The position numbers and the translations under genes are program-made. A DNA stretch of 64,000 nucleotides. It comes from Schmidtea polychroa. Taxonomy: Eukaryota. Below are positions 50,179 through 64,000 of the stretch, one piece after another. The notes under the pieces were generated by a model. That model made no database searches, was not told where the DNA came from, and saw only the letters and a program-made list of their open reading frames with translations. How positions within the stretch are numbered: position 1 is the first letter of the stretch; the number at the start of each line of letters is the position of its first letter. The stretch lies in contig CM097885.1 in NCBI GenBank assembly GCA_044892525.1, positions 47,307,727 to 47,371,726 on the forward strand, read 5' to 3'.

Positions 50179-51125
50179 TCATCTTCTAAAATAATCATGT
50201 TCAAAATAATGATCATCTGCTGGATCATGGAAATTATATGGATCATCATCTTCTTCTACTACCGGCCTGTACAATTGTTCTGCCAGATTGTTCCGGGCAT
50301 CTTCAGTTGGAGTATTGTCTATAAATATATCGGTATCACCTCCCCTATAATGGCCATATACCAAACTTTGATTTTTATCCACCCAATTTCGCTTATCATC
50401 TCTACACGTTAAGGCCCTTTTATTATTTTTATTACTAAAAGGTTGGTGATTCTTTGATATTATCCTAAACAGGGAGACTGTGTATATGTTATCGTTTAAA
50501 TAACAATCCAAATACGACTGGTGTGTTAGTCCAGTATCTTTCATACTAATCCTCTTAGCCTTCATACTTTCTTCATCACCCATTAAATTGTAACATTTAG
50601 GTCTGAAGAACACACAATCTTTACATGATAGCCCTTTATTCTCGTCTTTGAATTTACCAATGACAGAATCAAGGTTCCTACTATATAAAGGATGATTTGG
50701 GTCATAATTCGAAGTATCTAGAGGGTTATCCCTAATCATAGCAGGTAAAAGAATGCCGAGAGAAAGATTTTTAATTTCCAAGAAGAAGGAATCAGTGTCC
50801 CCAGCAACGATATTATTTCGCAGTTGAATTCGTTGTGATATCTTTGCAACTCTTCATACTGCAGCTGGTACATTTTGAGTTTGGATAAATCTAGTACAGT
50901 TTGACCAATGTAACTAGGTCTATCCAAATACACTGAGTCCTTCCTCAATAAAACAGAAATCAGGTCATCATCAATTTTCCGGGGTTTTTCGAAAAGTCGG
51001 TTCCGAACAAAATGATAATAATTTCACAGACGTAAATTGATACGTTTTTTAAGATAGTCAACAGTCTTGCCGTATGGACTGTTGTTTAATAATTTATAAA
51101 AATATTTGTCTAGTTTATTTGTCGA
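50179..51125 (-). pseudogene. Protein-primed DNA polymerase B, C-terminal part, frameshifted
   Basis: KLLNNSPYGKT (motif B), YIGQTVLDLSK, GDTDSFF (motif C), IGKFKDE, RPKCY, DDKR. Confidence 0.92.
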
Positions 51126-51280
51126 CGCTTCTTCGCATTCCATATCAAGCATGGTCTAGTAGTCAACATGGTTTCCTTCGATGATTTTCTCAGTCCGTTT
51201 AACTAGAAAAGTGAGGCATTGAGCGATATTCTCATTAACCAAACCTTTAAGGTGTTTTCAACAAAATTTGATTGTGACAT
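51125..51280 (-). pseudogene. 5' fragment of a diverged homolog of the Polinton Bcl-2-like gene
   Basis: MSQSNFVE...CLTFLVKRTEKIIEGNHVDY versus MSQPKFME...SLSFLVDRTEKIIEGNHIDY; upstream 51280-51390 aligns with 5665-5770. Confidence 0.82.
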
Positions 51281-51888
51281 TGTACAATAATTTTAAATAT
51301 AATGTTTTATTGATACTAATAATGGTTATGATTCTGAGTGGTTAATATAGTATAAATGTAAAACATAAGAGATTTGATTCGATACAAAATAAATGCGTTA
51401 TTGCTACTCAATGCAATGTGCGTACAAATAATAATTTTAATAATAATATTAATAATATGAGTAAACGATTGATAAATTGTTTAATAAATATATAGGCTTG
51501 AATATGTTGAATGTGAACAGTACCTTTGTGAGCAGTACCCTTGCGAGCAGTACCCATATGGGAACAAAATATCTTGTCGAATAAACTCGGAGTATATAAT
51601 AATAATAATAAAAATATAAAGTGATGATTTCTTGGTAGCAGCATTTATTATTTAAAACAATAAAGTGATAATTTAAGCCTTTTAATAAAAGAATTCATAA
51701 AAAGAAAGTATATATTATATTTATAACCAATGAGAATTAAGAAAAAGGAAATAAAGAAAGATGGAAATGTATTTTCGGGAAGAAGATTGCTAAATTCCAG
51801 GAGATTGGCAAGGACTATCTTATAGTCGAAAATTTTTTCATTAAATACATTTGCAGCAAAAGGCTTAAATTATCACTTTATTGTTTTA

Positions 51889-51983
<95 letters not shown>

Positions 51984-54900
51984 TAATAATAATAATAATA
52001 ATAATTTTAATAATAATTGGTCGAGGAGTGAGGATAGATCTCTTTAAGACCTGTGGAATGATATCTTAGTTTGAATTTCTGACCTTATTTGACCTTTGCA
52101 AATTCAAAATATGATGAGTTATATGTCTTTGATCTGTATAATGTCTTTGTTCAGTATAATGATGTCATATGTCTTTATTCCGTTAAATGTCTTTGTTCAA
52201 AATGATGTGTCAGTAACCTCAAATTTTGACCTTAAAATGACCTAAAATCGACTTTGATCTCAGGATTTGACCTTTAAATGGCTTAAATTGACCTTCAACT
52301 GTTATCAAAATGGTTTTGACCTTAAATTTTGACCTTAAATTAACCTTACTATGGCCTCAACATTTCTATGCCCCTTAAGTTGACCTTTAAAAAATACCCC
52401 CGGTGAAGGGGTCCGGTATGGCGTAATATGTCTTTGTTACGTTATCGATAACCTCATATGTCCTTGTTCCCGGGTCCACATTTTACCCTACTCTTATATC
52501 CAACGATATATGATATATAATAAAATTTTGCATAAATTTGATCTATTTCAATAACAAATTATTTATTTTAATGATAAAAATCATTTATTTTACTTAAGTC
52601 TCAATGAGAGGTAGATTTGCCACACGTCCTACAATTGGAATATTTGTCCAACGTACTACATGAAAGGGAACTTGTCCTACTTTTAACTATTTACCCTACT
52701 TTGAACCATTTTCCCTTTAAATTTAACAAAAAAAGTCTTTTTCTCGTTAAAATTCATAGTAAAGTCATCTAGAATAAAATATTTCTGAAAATGTAATACT
52801 GTCTAAATACATTTTCAATAGGATCAAAAGGTATCACTGTTGTAAAACAGCATGAAATGAGTGAAAATCATCGCTCGAAATTAAAAGCATCTGCTAGTAT
52901 ATATATACAGTGAAGCATAATTTATCTTATAACTCTTTAGATAGCTTAATGAAACTCATACCAAAGACATTAGTAGAGTTAGACAGTCCTACAATTTGAA
53001 TATGTGTCCCACTTTGAGTCTCTCAACATATGGCAACCCTAATAAGGGGTGATATATTAAATATTTTAATTAATCGATGGCACTGGCAATATTTAAATAT
53101 CTATGTGTGGTGAACCCATCCAAAGCTAGTTGGCATGGTGTTTGAATTTATAGAAGAGAGTCGGTCCCTATCGATTATCGCCCATATATCCCCTTCCTCT
53201 AGAAAATAGTACCAGTGTTTTTATTAAATGTTTTTTAGTCATATTTTTAAATATCTTTTGTTACATATATAAAAAATATTACCATAAACATTCTAGTTTT
53301 TTATTAAAAATAGTTTTTTAGTTACCTATTCATGATAATTAACTAGCAACTAATAATATTAGTTATATTTTCCTATGAAAAAATCTGTTTATTCTTTAAT
53401 TACTTATTTCAAAAATACTCCCAAAATATTCTAGAACATTTTAGAATATTCTAGTTGCTTATTAACAATAATTGTTTAGTTAACTATTAACGATAATTAA
53501 CTAACAACTGCTGATATTTGTTTTAATATTAAATTCAAATTTCATTTATTTAAAAAAATTTTAACTATTAATTAAGAATATTTTTTTGTGTTATGTATAT
53601 TTATTTTTTGGTTTTTAGATTAAATTACATTTCAAAAATCGGAAAAATTCTAAAAAAATTCAATTATATTAATAGAAAAGTAAATTTTAATGTATAGGAT
53701 AAAGCAAAAAGATCTGACACATTTGAAATTTAAATAAAACAAAATTAAAATAAATAATTAAAAAAGTATTTTTATTTATCAACTGTACATAACAAGTGGT
53801 TAGGATTAATTTAAATTAAAGTTAAATGAAAAATTTTAATTTTTTGAATGATTTTTATAAAAGTGTGAATTTGAAGTACTAAATTTGTATTAAATTTTGA
53901 TAAAAATAATATAAAATCTATTAATTAAGATGTTTTCTCAAATCAAAGAACGTCTAACTGAAAACAAATAGGTAAACACATGAAAAGTATAATAAAAATT
54001 AAAAATATTTAGTGCTAGGAATGTATTATTTTTATTACAAACTATAATAATAAAAAAATTACTGCTTCACAAATGTTTTCAAGGTTTTGTAAATATTTTT
54101 GGTACATTTTCAATGTTGATAGAGAATTCAACAAATTTCTGTTAAAATAGAAATTAATAAGAGAAATTATTTGCTTTTAATTTAAAATAAGAAGTAGTGG
54201 TAGTGATGATGATAATAATTATAATAATAATAATAAAAAGTAGTGGTTTCTTGGTGGAAGTATGAATTAAATTTTAAACAAGTGACGGAAAAAATAAGTA
54301 TTTGCTGCAAAATTTTAACATAAATATTTAGCGGCAAAGGCTTATTTTGTCATTTACTTGGTTAATAATACTAATATTAATAATAATATAACTGAATGAG
54401 TAATGGATTTTAAGAAGTTTTAACAAACATACCGCATTCTAGTAGTTCACATCATTTGGGTCACAACTTCAACAAAGGTCAGTAGTTGTTAGGGTCGTTT
54501 AACCCTTAAAAATTGAAATTTTTAAAGTTGTTTATTTTTCTCTAATTTGCACAATTATTAATGTAACAAGTTTTCTCCAATTAGTTCTGTCATCAAAATA
54601 GCACCGGAAAATTTTTTCATCCAGTTTTCAAAGAAAAAGTTTTAATACACCTTAAGCATGGCTAAAATTTGAGTGATGTAAATGGACTCAAACTTTAAAA
54701 TAAAGTAATAATGTAGTGAAAAAGAAAACAATTATAATGACCACATGATAAAACAAGTGAAATGACAATTTAATGAAAAGCTTAAGTGATCAATTTTGAA
54801 AAAGACAAATTGTTCAGAAAATGACGCACAATAAAATTGTTTGAAAGCTTCTTTAATAGTTGATTGGTCCTCCATGATCTTCTTTTTCAGAAAGATACGC

Positions 54901-55248
54901 GTGTTGTTTAGCGCCTTAGTGTTCTTAGAGTTCCTGGAACATTTCTATCGTCAGTTCATCTTCAAATTCTATTATAAGCTCAAATTTTTCATTCCGAAAC
55001 TTTCTTAATATCTTTGTTGATAACTGACATACTTCAAAACATCGACGAAAAAGCGCGTGTATAATTTTCGAAACCTGCAATAACTTCCTGATCTGTTTGG
55101 TGAATCACCAAAGTCGTGTTCGGTGGAGAAAACTGAACTGTCAGCTATCAGAAAATTATGCTTAAGTCTTTTGAGTGGCCAGAAACATTTAATAATAGTA
55201 GCAAAGCTTTCAAGGATAAGTATATTTATTTATGTATTTACTTATTTA

Positions 55249-55632
55249 CAGTCTTACCCCGGTTAACGTTGTTAAATGGTTCCAGAAAAACGCGATGTTA
55301 ACCGAAACAACGTTATACGAAGCAATTATAATTAAGAAAAAAATTCGTAATTAAATAGATTTAAAAGATTAGGAGAATTTTGATATTATGAAAATTAGAT
55401 TTAATTCTTTATTAGAATATGTAATATATAATAAAATAATTAATTACATAATATTATGTACAAAAAAAGATTTTAAAATAACACCGCTTGCTTAGTTTTT
55501 GAAAAAACGGTTTTATTAAAAAAAACTTTACAGCGAAGCCACGCAAAGTTACAGTGGGGTATGACTATAATGGTGGACCGACGTTACAGCGAAACAACTT
55601 TATTCGGGGCAACGTTATCCGGGGTATGACTG
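55249..55632. mobile_element. pogo/Tc1-like MITE
   Basis: TA|CAGTCTTACCCCGGTTAACGTTG...CAACGTTATCCGGGGTATGACTG|TA. Confidence 0.85.
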
Positions 55633-56030
55633 TATTTATTTATATCTTGATCACGAAAACATAAAAATTTACCATTTTTGAAAAACGTAAATAATATACG
55701 ATTATTTCTCAATTAAAATTTATATCTACAAAATTGCAAAGAAATGTTTAAACCCGTCATTCAATCTGAGAGTATTTAAACAATTAAATGTTAAGTACAC
55801 AATAATTTATATATTCATAATTAATTTTATATCTATTTAAATTTCTAATTTTTAATTTTCATTGTTCTAAAATAATGGAAAATATTATTGTAAACATATT
55901 TTATGGGTTTCATAAAATGTTTCTCTGAATATTTTCATTGCGACTTTCCTGGACACTGCATTTGATTGATAACCAAATTATCAAAATAACTAAAAATCGA
56001 AGTTTTAATTTTAACTTAAATATCAATAAA

Positions 56031-56777
56031 GGTTTAATGGAAAAAATAACACCCAATTTTTCAAAAATGGAAAAAATGACATCCAAAAGTTTTTAATTGC
56101 CAAATTGACATCCATTTTTCAAATAATGGAAAAAATAACATCGAAAATTTTTTCAATAACATGAAAAATAGCAATTTTTAATTATAAATGTAAACAAAAC
56201 ATTAAGATGAAAATTTAATTTTCAACTGAAGCTCTGAAGCTCTGGGGTCTTCCTCTTCTCCTTCTTAAAAATGGAGCTTGTAAATTACCAGCTTGTAAAG
56301 ATTTTGTTGATAACGGAATTATACTTTCAGAATACAATCTGGAATAATTATAAGATGTAAAATACGCTTCAATAAATAGCACAGGATCTTGTCTTAGGAA
56401 GAGCATAACTGAGCATAAATACTTACATGGTATTCCCGCAATAAGGGATTTCTTACAACTACATTTTTTTCACTATAGTTTACTATATATTGATTTGCAA
56501 CCAAATAAATATAATTGTTCGATAAGCTAACTGTTAAGGATCTGCTTAAAAGAATATTAGTCTCCAATTCAGGAAGCTTCTCAGGAGAAACAGGAGTTGA
56601 AAACGTAATATTCCTTCTTTCATTAAATATCTCCATTATTAAATATTCTTAATTATTAAAAAAAACTTCTTTGCTATTTTTCATGTTATTGAACAAATGG
56701 TGCTGTTTTAACAAGAAAAATTTTGGATGTCATTTTTTCCATTTTTGAAAAATTGGGTGTTATTTTTTCCATTTTCC
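56031..56777 (-). mobile_element. Foldback/MULE-like deletion derivative with a decayed coding interior
   Basis: Long inverted repeats AATGGAAAAAATAACACCCAATTTT / AAAATTGGGTGTTATTTTTTCCATT; interior ends in an RRGRP motif. Confidence 0.65.
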
Positions 56778-57081
56778 TTTTTCAAAATTGTTTTTTCTAA
56801 TAAGAAAAACTTACTGAAATATATTTGCAGAATCGTATCTGTTTTTATAGCATTGAACATTTGAGTTCCCTGTAAGCTACGCATGTACAGGAGCGTAATA
56901 AAATAAAATGTGCTTCATTTGTAACAAATGATCAGTGTAAAGAAACTTATAAACATGCAAGAATATTTTGAATTTGAAATTCTTTAAATACACTCATATT
57001 TCTTTATTCTGATTAATCCTAAATGAAATTTGTGTGACGTTAACATTAAGTAGTAGATTAAGTGCTCTTCAAATAGTAGAT

Positions 57082-57144
57082 ACAGGAAAGGAGAATAAAA
57101 TTACTATTACCAGTGATAAAGGACGATTAATAAAGGATAAAATC
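57082..57144 (+). pseudogene. HSP70 fragment
   Basis: TGKENKITITSDKGRLIKDKI versus canonical TGKENKITITNDKGRLSKEEI. Confidence 0.72.
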
Positions 57145-60100
57145 AAGTGCAATACTGATTAGAATTTCAACAACTTGTATATCATATTTTATCAAATAGA
57201 TTGGGAATGCATGGTGGATTTACTGCCAGCAGATTCCAGACAAGGTTAACATCCATTAACATCAGTCCAAGAAACCAGTCTAATGGAAATATTTCATTAT
57301 TGCACGAAACAGGCGTCAACTAGTGAAAGTCCAATTGGACAAAAGAACTCTTCGTCATAAGCAAATCTCTCTTCTGAATATATTTTTTTTGCTAAATTGT
57401 AAACATATTTTACAATTAAACGTAGGAAGTCATCGGTTTTCCATATCAACATTTTAATTCGGATATTGTTAAAATTAATACAGTAATTAGATTTGCATGT
57501 TTGCTGTAAGACTTTCACTTTTGGAAAAAATGACAGTAAAACACAATAGATATAGAAATTCTTTAAATATAATCTTTGTAACAAGAAAATATACGTTATC
57601 ATTTACAAATCTTTTTAATAAAATAGTTTTCATAGTACTTTTGCTTCTTTAATATCAACGAAATTTATCATTATAACTCAATTTGCTTGGTTCACTTATA
57701 TTTTAACAGATAAAAATTTTTAAATATTTTTTCATAATTTTTTTTGTGAGTTCCATTCTGAAATTATCTTAAAGACAAAGTAGTGAAAACTGCTTTGATA
57801 AATTTAGAATGATAAATGGATAAAAATAACACAGTGGGAAGTACATTGTCAAAAAACTGTACAAAGAGAAAGTGCATTATGAAAAAAACGGATTTTAAAA
57901 AAAGTGCAAATATTCAAATGGAAGCTATATTTTCTGTTTCAGAAGATGAAATTTGCACTGATAATATCAACTGCGGTAAAATGAACAAATATTACGTTCA
58001 AAAATGTATGGAGTGATCGGAAACTTGAAAGTTTTGTCTGAAAAATAAACTTCTAATAATACGTGCAACAACGATAACTAGAAAGTAAATACAATATCAA
58101 AAAAGGTAAAAGGATCAGAAGTGACCAAAAAATAATAGAAGATTTTATTTATATTTTAAGTGGATATTTTACACTTTGCTTGATTAATTCTAGAGTTTTA
58201 GTGTTTGAAAATCTTGGCACTACTGATAAAATAACTTTTTGAATAATTCTTTCAAGTGACTGAGCCATAGAATTGTAAATTTTATATAAATTAAATGCAA
58301 TATCAGCTAATTTTATAAAAGGACATTTGAGAAATCGAATTTTTTTTTCAATTGTAGTCTCTAAGATAATTTATTTTTAATTTTAAAGCATGTTGATTGA
58401 TGCTCATTTGTAAATATTTTTATTATAGAATTCAATAGATTTTTGTATTGTTGTCCTAATAATTGACTATTAGTGTATTAATAAGGTGGTCAATTTTCTT
58501 TAACCTGAAAGCAGTACAAAGGATGAAAAAGTGCAGGTATTATGCGCTCTACAAAGTTTTTAAATAAGAAAAAATTAATTTCAATATTTATATTTTTCAT
58601 AATGATATTTTTCATCTGAGTGAAGTTTTTCATATAATATATTGAGGATGCCTAAATAATAAATAATATTATAAATAATTAGAATAACTTTGGGGAAAAC
58701 CAAAAGGCTGATTGGGATAGCACTCTGAAACTTGGAGTAGAAAACAGAAAAGCAAAAAATTGAGAAATGAGGAAGGAATAACAAAACAAAAGAAATGCAA
58801 CAATAAAGCGGAAAAATATCACTTATAATTAATAAGTGCAAGAAAGCATAAAGAAATTTCGAAATAGGAAAACAAAAACAAAATATTAAAGCAAAATCGG
58901 CATCTCTGAAATTTCAGAGATAACGTGGGAAATAGAAAAAATATGCAAAATGCCTAAATCAGAAATGGAAAAAAATGACAAACTATCTTAAGTGTCAAAC
59001 TGCCAGTGGCAACACGGGAGTTGGAAAAAGTATGGGAAATGCCAGAAACAAAATAGGAAAAAAATGAAAAATTATCTCGAGTCCCAAACAATCGGTAATA
59101 ACTCAAGAGCTATACAAATTATGAAGAGACAGAAATAGAAAAATGATTTATCACAAGTATCGGACAAGTGTGGACTATAAAAGCAAAATTCTTCTTAATG
59201 GAATCAGAAAAATTAGTGGTCGAAGGAAAATTTAAAAGAATAGTCGAGAAATAAATCAAAATTAGAGAAATTAAAAGTGAGAAATTAAGAAATTTGAATT
59301 TGGAGAAAATATTGGAACTAAAAGGTGTCACAAAACAGAGTCAATAAATAAAGTCAAGTCAAAGAAAAAGCGAATTCAATTCAATTTACCAAATTATTGA
59401 TTCAGATAAGCGACTGCTGATTGTTCAGTAATTATGAATTATACGAGTGGAGCTATTCCTCGCGTAGTGTTGTAATAAGCTCTGTGAAATTACCTATTTG
59501 AGTATTGAAATCGATTGTGTTGTTATAATTCGTGTAATCAATTGTGATAATCAATATAGGTTTATATTCTCTGAGAATTGTTAATTTGTGGATCAAATAA
59601 AGCACGTTTTGCAGTCAGAGATTTGATTGGTAACCACAAACCCAATAAATATATAATTTTATTCAAAACATTACAAAAGCCTTCACATGTATATTGGTGA
59701 TTCATCTTCACCAAAGTCGCTGTTTATAAGGTTTCTAAGTTTATTCACCTCGCCTAGTTTCAACGAAGAGTTCATTGTCATGAATAGCAATTTCATGATT
59801 TTCTAACACAAAATGAATTTTGCCTTCGAAAATTTCTTCCTAATCTAATTTATATTTTCTGCATCTCCTCATTCTATTTGAAAATCCTGGTTTATGATCA
59901 TATAATCAAGGCTATAATAATTGATTTTCACAATAATATTCATAACAGTACAAGAAGTACATAACATTGGAATAGCAGTTCTTAAAGAATACATAGCAGC
60001 AACGGATCATCAAAAGGAAGTATTGTACTTCCGAACGTAGTACGTCTGGTCACCTAAATATTAATCACTGTTTTGTATTTTAATGACAGCTCAAATTTAC

Positions 60101-62619
60101 AACGAGAATGTAAGCAATGTTCTCTCTAATTTTTTGGAGCTTGAAACTTAAAATGTCTTTTGTTAGCAGGTAACATCAAGGTGTAACATGTGTGACAAAT
60201 TTTATATTATAACTGAGACTGGAATAGCAAACGTGTTGACAAGTTTTTAGTATTCATAGTCCCACTGTTTAAAGGGAACATTGAGTTTAAATATAATCTA
60301 CCTCTTTACTATTCTCCTTTAAAAAAGTATCGGTGATTCAAATTAATGTAACAAAATCAAAATTATTATCACGTGGAAATACAAATTAAACTTACGTGTT
60401 TTGTATTGATAAAAGTTTTTCTTTTCTCTTAATTTTAAGTTCAGTTTTAATTAATATTTTCCTTTTCTAATTAAAATTTAATAATTAATGAATTTTAAAT
60501 TTATCACTGAATAAAATTCCTCAATAAATTTCAAACATTTTTCTCTATTTAATACATATTTCGAATTTATATTTTGCAATTTTAGTTTGAACTGTAAAGA
60601 ATCCAGATTATTAATTTCTCTATAAATTGACAAATTAAATAATTAGAAAAAAATAATTTAAACCTTTGCAAATTTTCAATTTTGTTCATCCCGATTGCTG
60701 TTTTTTTATTTGTTATATTAATATCACTTTTTAAAATTTGAATTTTATCAGAAATTTCTGAAAAATACGATTCAAATTTTTTTTTCGTGAGTTCCTTCTA
60801 TTAAAATTTGACAAATAATTTATTATTTAATTATCCTTCATTTTTACTTTTCGTATTTCTTGAGAAATGTTTTTAGTCTGACTTTCAACATCAGAAATTT
60901 TTTGTAACATTTCGTTTTTTACGTTTTGTAAATTAATCATTATTATTTTTAATAATTGTTCATTATTCATATATAAATTATTTCAAGTTAATAATTAGTG
61001 ATTTTTAATTATTAAAACAAGTTAACAACATTCTTAATTTAATTTTATATTATTATTTTTATAAAAATGATATTATAATATATATAAGAAATAATTTTTA
61101 GATTTTTAAAATTTTTCTAAAATTATATATTTTTATTAATAATACATAAAATTTTAAATATTAAAGCTTGTGACTCTATTCTTGCTTAAATGACTTTATA
61201 TTTAAATTTATTTTCTATAATTATATTGAAGCCTATAAAAACGAAAATATTAATAAAATGAAGGAGATTTCAAAAGTTTCTGTAAAACAGAAAAAAATTA
61301 TTTGTAGTCGTCAGTGAAGTGAAGTTAAATGAAATCGTAATGTTAGATGATAGAAGTTGATTGATAGAGGAATTCGAGCTCACAAAATACTACCGAACAG
61401 GCCCGAATAGATACCGGGTGAACATTTATGTGGAACCTTCATAATGACAGTTCGGTCCAACCCAACCCAATCCAAAGAAAATTATTGGCAATTATTATCA
61501 ACATTTTTAGTTAATTGACATCCCTGTCACATCTTTGTGATTTATTTATTATTGACTTATTTTAGTGTATAATTGACATTTTTGTGACTTGGTGTGGAGG
61601 AATTATTGTATATACTTCTCAATATATTTGTGACTTATTTTTTTGTGGATAACTCATTAAATCATCTTTATTTACACATTAAATCATTTTTTAATTACAC
61701 ACGCGGGGTTAATTGAGTCGTTTTAATAATGGCAATGGAACACATGTAAAAAATAGACAAACAGATATAATGATATAAAACACATAATAATAAGAATAAT
61801 AATAAACATTGGCAATAATAATATTAATATTAATAATAAATAATATGGTACGGACAATAGTAATAGTAGTGGTAAAAAATGATAATAATACGTTAATGTT
61901 TCAATAATAAATCAATTAAATTTCCATATGTCAACGCACATGAAAAAATAGTCTAAATAGCGACCTAAAATCAGTATTAGTCACCTAAAACTTTTACTGC
62001 ATTTGTTGTAGACTAAAAAGGTAAATTTTTTTTTGTTTTTAAAATAGAACGTAACACGATACAAGGTTCAAAAGCACCACTCTACATAACACACAGACAC
62101 GTTATTTTGTATCAAATTCGAGAATTCATCGTAGAAGAGAAGTTCTGTATCTAACAAACTTGGTAATTTTTTTATATAAATAAATCTTTAAAACAAACAT
62201 TTTAGTTATATTTCATATTTATTTAAGAACCAGTAAAGTTGGGGATTTCATATATTTGAGACCCCAACAGTAAATTAAAATAGATAACGGATGTAAAGAC
62301 GATAGTAAGTAAATAATAGAGTAAATAATAGTACTAAATGAATTAGGGCATATTACATCCAATTGAGTATTGTGAGATTAAAGACTTTAGTTTAACTGGA
62401 TTGATTATCACCAAGGGTTTAATATGTTTCATATTATAAAAACATATTGTTCATATTGTGCAAAAGCTTTGTTCCATCAAAAAGATATGTTTTGTTACTA
62501 ATATTTTTAATTAATTTCAACACTCAATTTCCATAAAGGAGTCATTTAGCAATAAGATTAAATATTAATATTAGATTAATTATAATCCAGACATTTATGG
62601 CTTAATGATGAGGATAATT

Positions 62620-62990
62620 TGTTATGGGTTGGAAATTCATCTTCGATATACTGTCTATGGCCCAAAATTATCATAAATATGAAGTCAGACATTGGATCAA
62701 TCCTGTCGTATCTAAGAAATCAGAAAACAAGGTCGTCCAGGCTTGCCTCCTATAGTCCTCAATTATGTCCTGCTTGACCTCTACTGGGTGTACTATTATC
62801 GACCAGTTTGACATCTCAATAATGTCTATTCAGCACCCAACCACAATACCACTGCTCTATGTCACATTGTTTGACTGTCAAACTTTTCTTTAGCCATTAG
62901 GATGATTCATAAGGTATGGGATGACGCGTTTGTTCAACGTGGCACCATCATACCGGTGCTCATTATGCATTTGTCCTAATGTTTATAATG
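62620..62990 (-). pseudogene. Very decayed LTR-retrotransposon integrase remnant
   Basis: IPY...PNG*EK resembles TPYHPQxNGxxER; GC-richer than its flanks. Confidence 0.35.
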
Positions 62991-64000
62991 TCCATAATGT
63001 TTAAAAATAATTTAGAGCATAACAATTTAAAATATTGAATTGCCGGATTATGTAATAAGTTATGAATTTATTCAAATAACTAAATGTCTCAAAATTTAGA
63101 TAATAATGATTCTGTTAATAAATTTTGTTATGAAAAAGTGAATCGTCCATGTCGAGATTCGAGATATTGAAATCTTTTTTAGCTCGATCAATCAAATGAG
63201 AACACACCCCTTCATTTGATTTAAGGCAAAAAATAAATTAAAAAATAAATTAGTAGATTGAAAATTTAATTTTTTAAATTAGAAATAAATAATATTGATT
63301 TTTTTATTAATATATTTCCTATGATTAGTCCTGAAATGGTTGTTGAGTATATACCTAGCAGCGTGAAAACTTGCTATTATTACATAAACATTCGGATGTA
63401 GGTGACAATGTACGATGGAGATGTCAAATGCGAAGTTGTAAAGGCGCTGTCGTGGTCGATCCATCACATAATGTTATTCAATTTTTTTCACACGGCACGA
63501 AAGTGATGAACAAAAATTGAAACTTTTAAAGATTAAAAATGAAATAAAAATCAAAGCACTTGAATCACAGGTGATAACTTTGCATTTATTTGGGTCCGTT
63601 CTATAATTCTTAGTCAGTATAAAGTTTCAATGGGTTTTTCAAGTCATTCAACACATATTTCTTTATAGTGGAAAGGATTAAGAATAATAGAGAATTAAAA
63701 TTTTTTACTTAATCCATTAACCCACCAATGGAAACGAGACCACAATTTAAACTTGAACATATCCGAACAGACCAATGCTTTATTATTATATTTCTATTGA
63801 ACAAAATTTGAAACATTTAGTTTTTGCTCAACAGTATGTTCTAGTTATATTTCATGCCAGATATTTCCCAGGCCATTAAAAAGGTGTGGCACCAGCCTCG
63901 TTAAGTCTATCTGAAATTGATAAAGAATTTCAATTTATGAAGTTTCTAATTATTCTTGTAATATCTTAGATTCATGAGCTTAACTTGCTATAAATAGAAA

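Larger units (their letters stand above)
49655..52494 (-). mobile_element. Internally deleted Polinton (C); left TIR truncated
   Basis: 49655-50010 is an inverted copy of 51390-51610 plus 52005-52140; TGACCTT arrays; end ...CCCTACTCT; contains pPolB and Bcl-2-like fragments. Confidence 0.82.

Noticed and set aside
57297..57602. 101-aa ORF
   Set aside because: No family recognised; likely decayed TE coding sequence.
58700..60260. Purine-rich coding-like remains and LTR-like segment (similar block at ~33000-34110)
   Set aside because: Probably retroelement debris, but too decayed to assign or delimit.

Overview
AT-rich, repeat-dense eukaryotic (probably invertebrate) DNA with long (AAT)n/(TA)n tracts and 41-48 nt introns, reminiscent of planarian genomes, though the host cannot be proven from this window. 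I recognised no intact host gene. The main feature is the right-hand ~7.5 kb of a Polinton/Maverick (adintovirus-like) element at 1-7550. Its core genes are penton N-terminus, spliced integrase+chromodomain, basic core-like protein and packaging ATPase. They are followed by an unusual cargo island: a frameshifted TBP-like gene, an intact two-exon Bcl-2-family gene, a secreted/GPI-like coiled-coil protein and three unknown genes, two of them spliced. This element appears nested in a second Polinton end (to 8875) that carries an IAP-type RING gene. A third, internally deleted Polinton (~49655-52494) holds a pPolB fragment and a diverged 5' piece of the same Bcl-2 cassette. The rest is decayed Ty3/gypsy, Penelope, MULE, hAT, pogo and Helitron material, MITEs with TSDs, minimal hammerhead ribozymes and a dispersed repeat that inserts into (AAT)n tracts. 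All family assignments come from motifs read by eye; no searches were run.
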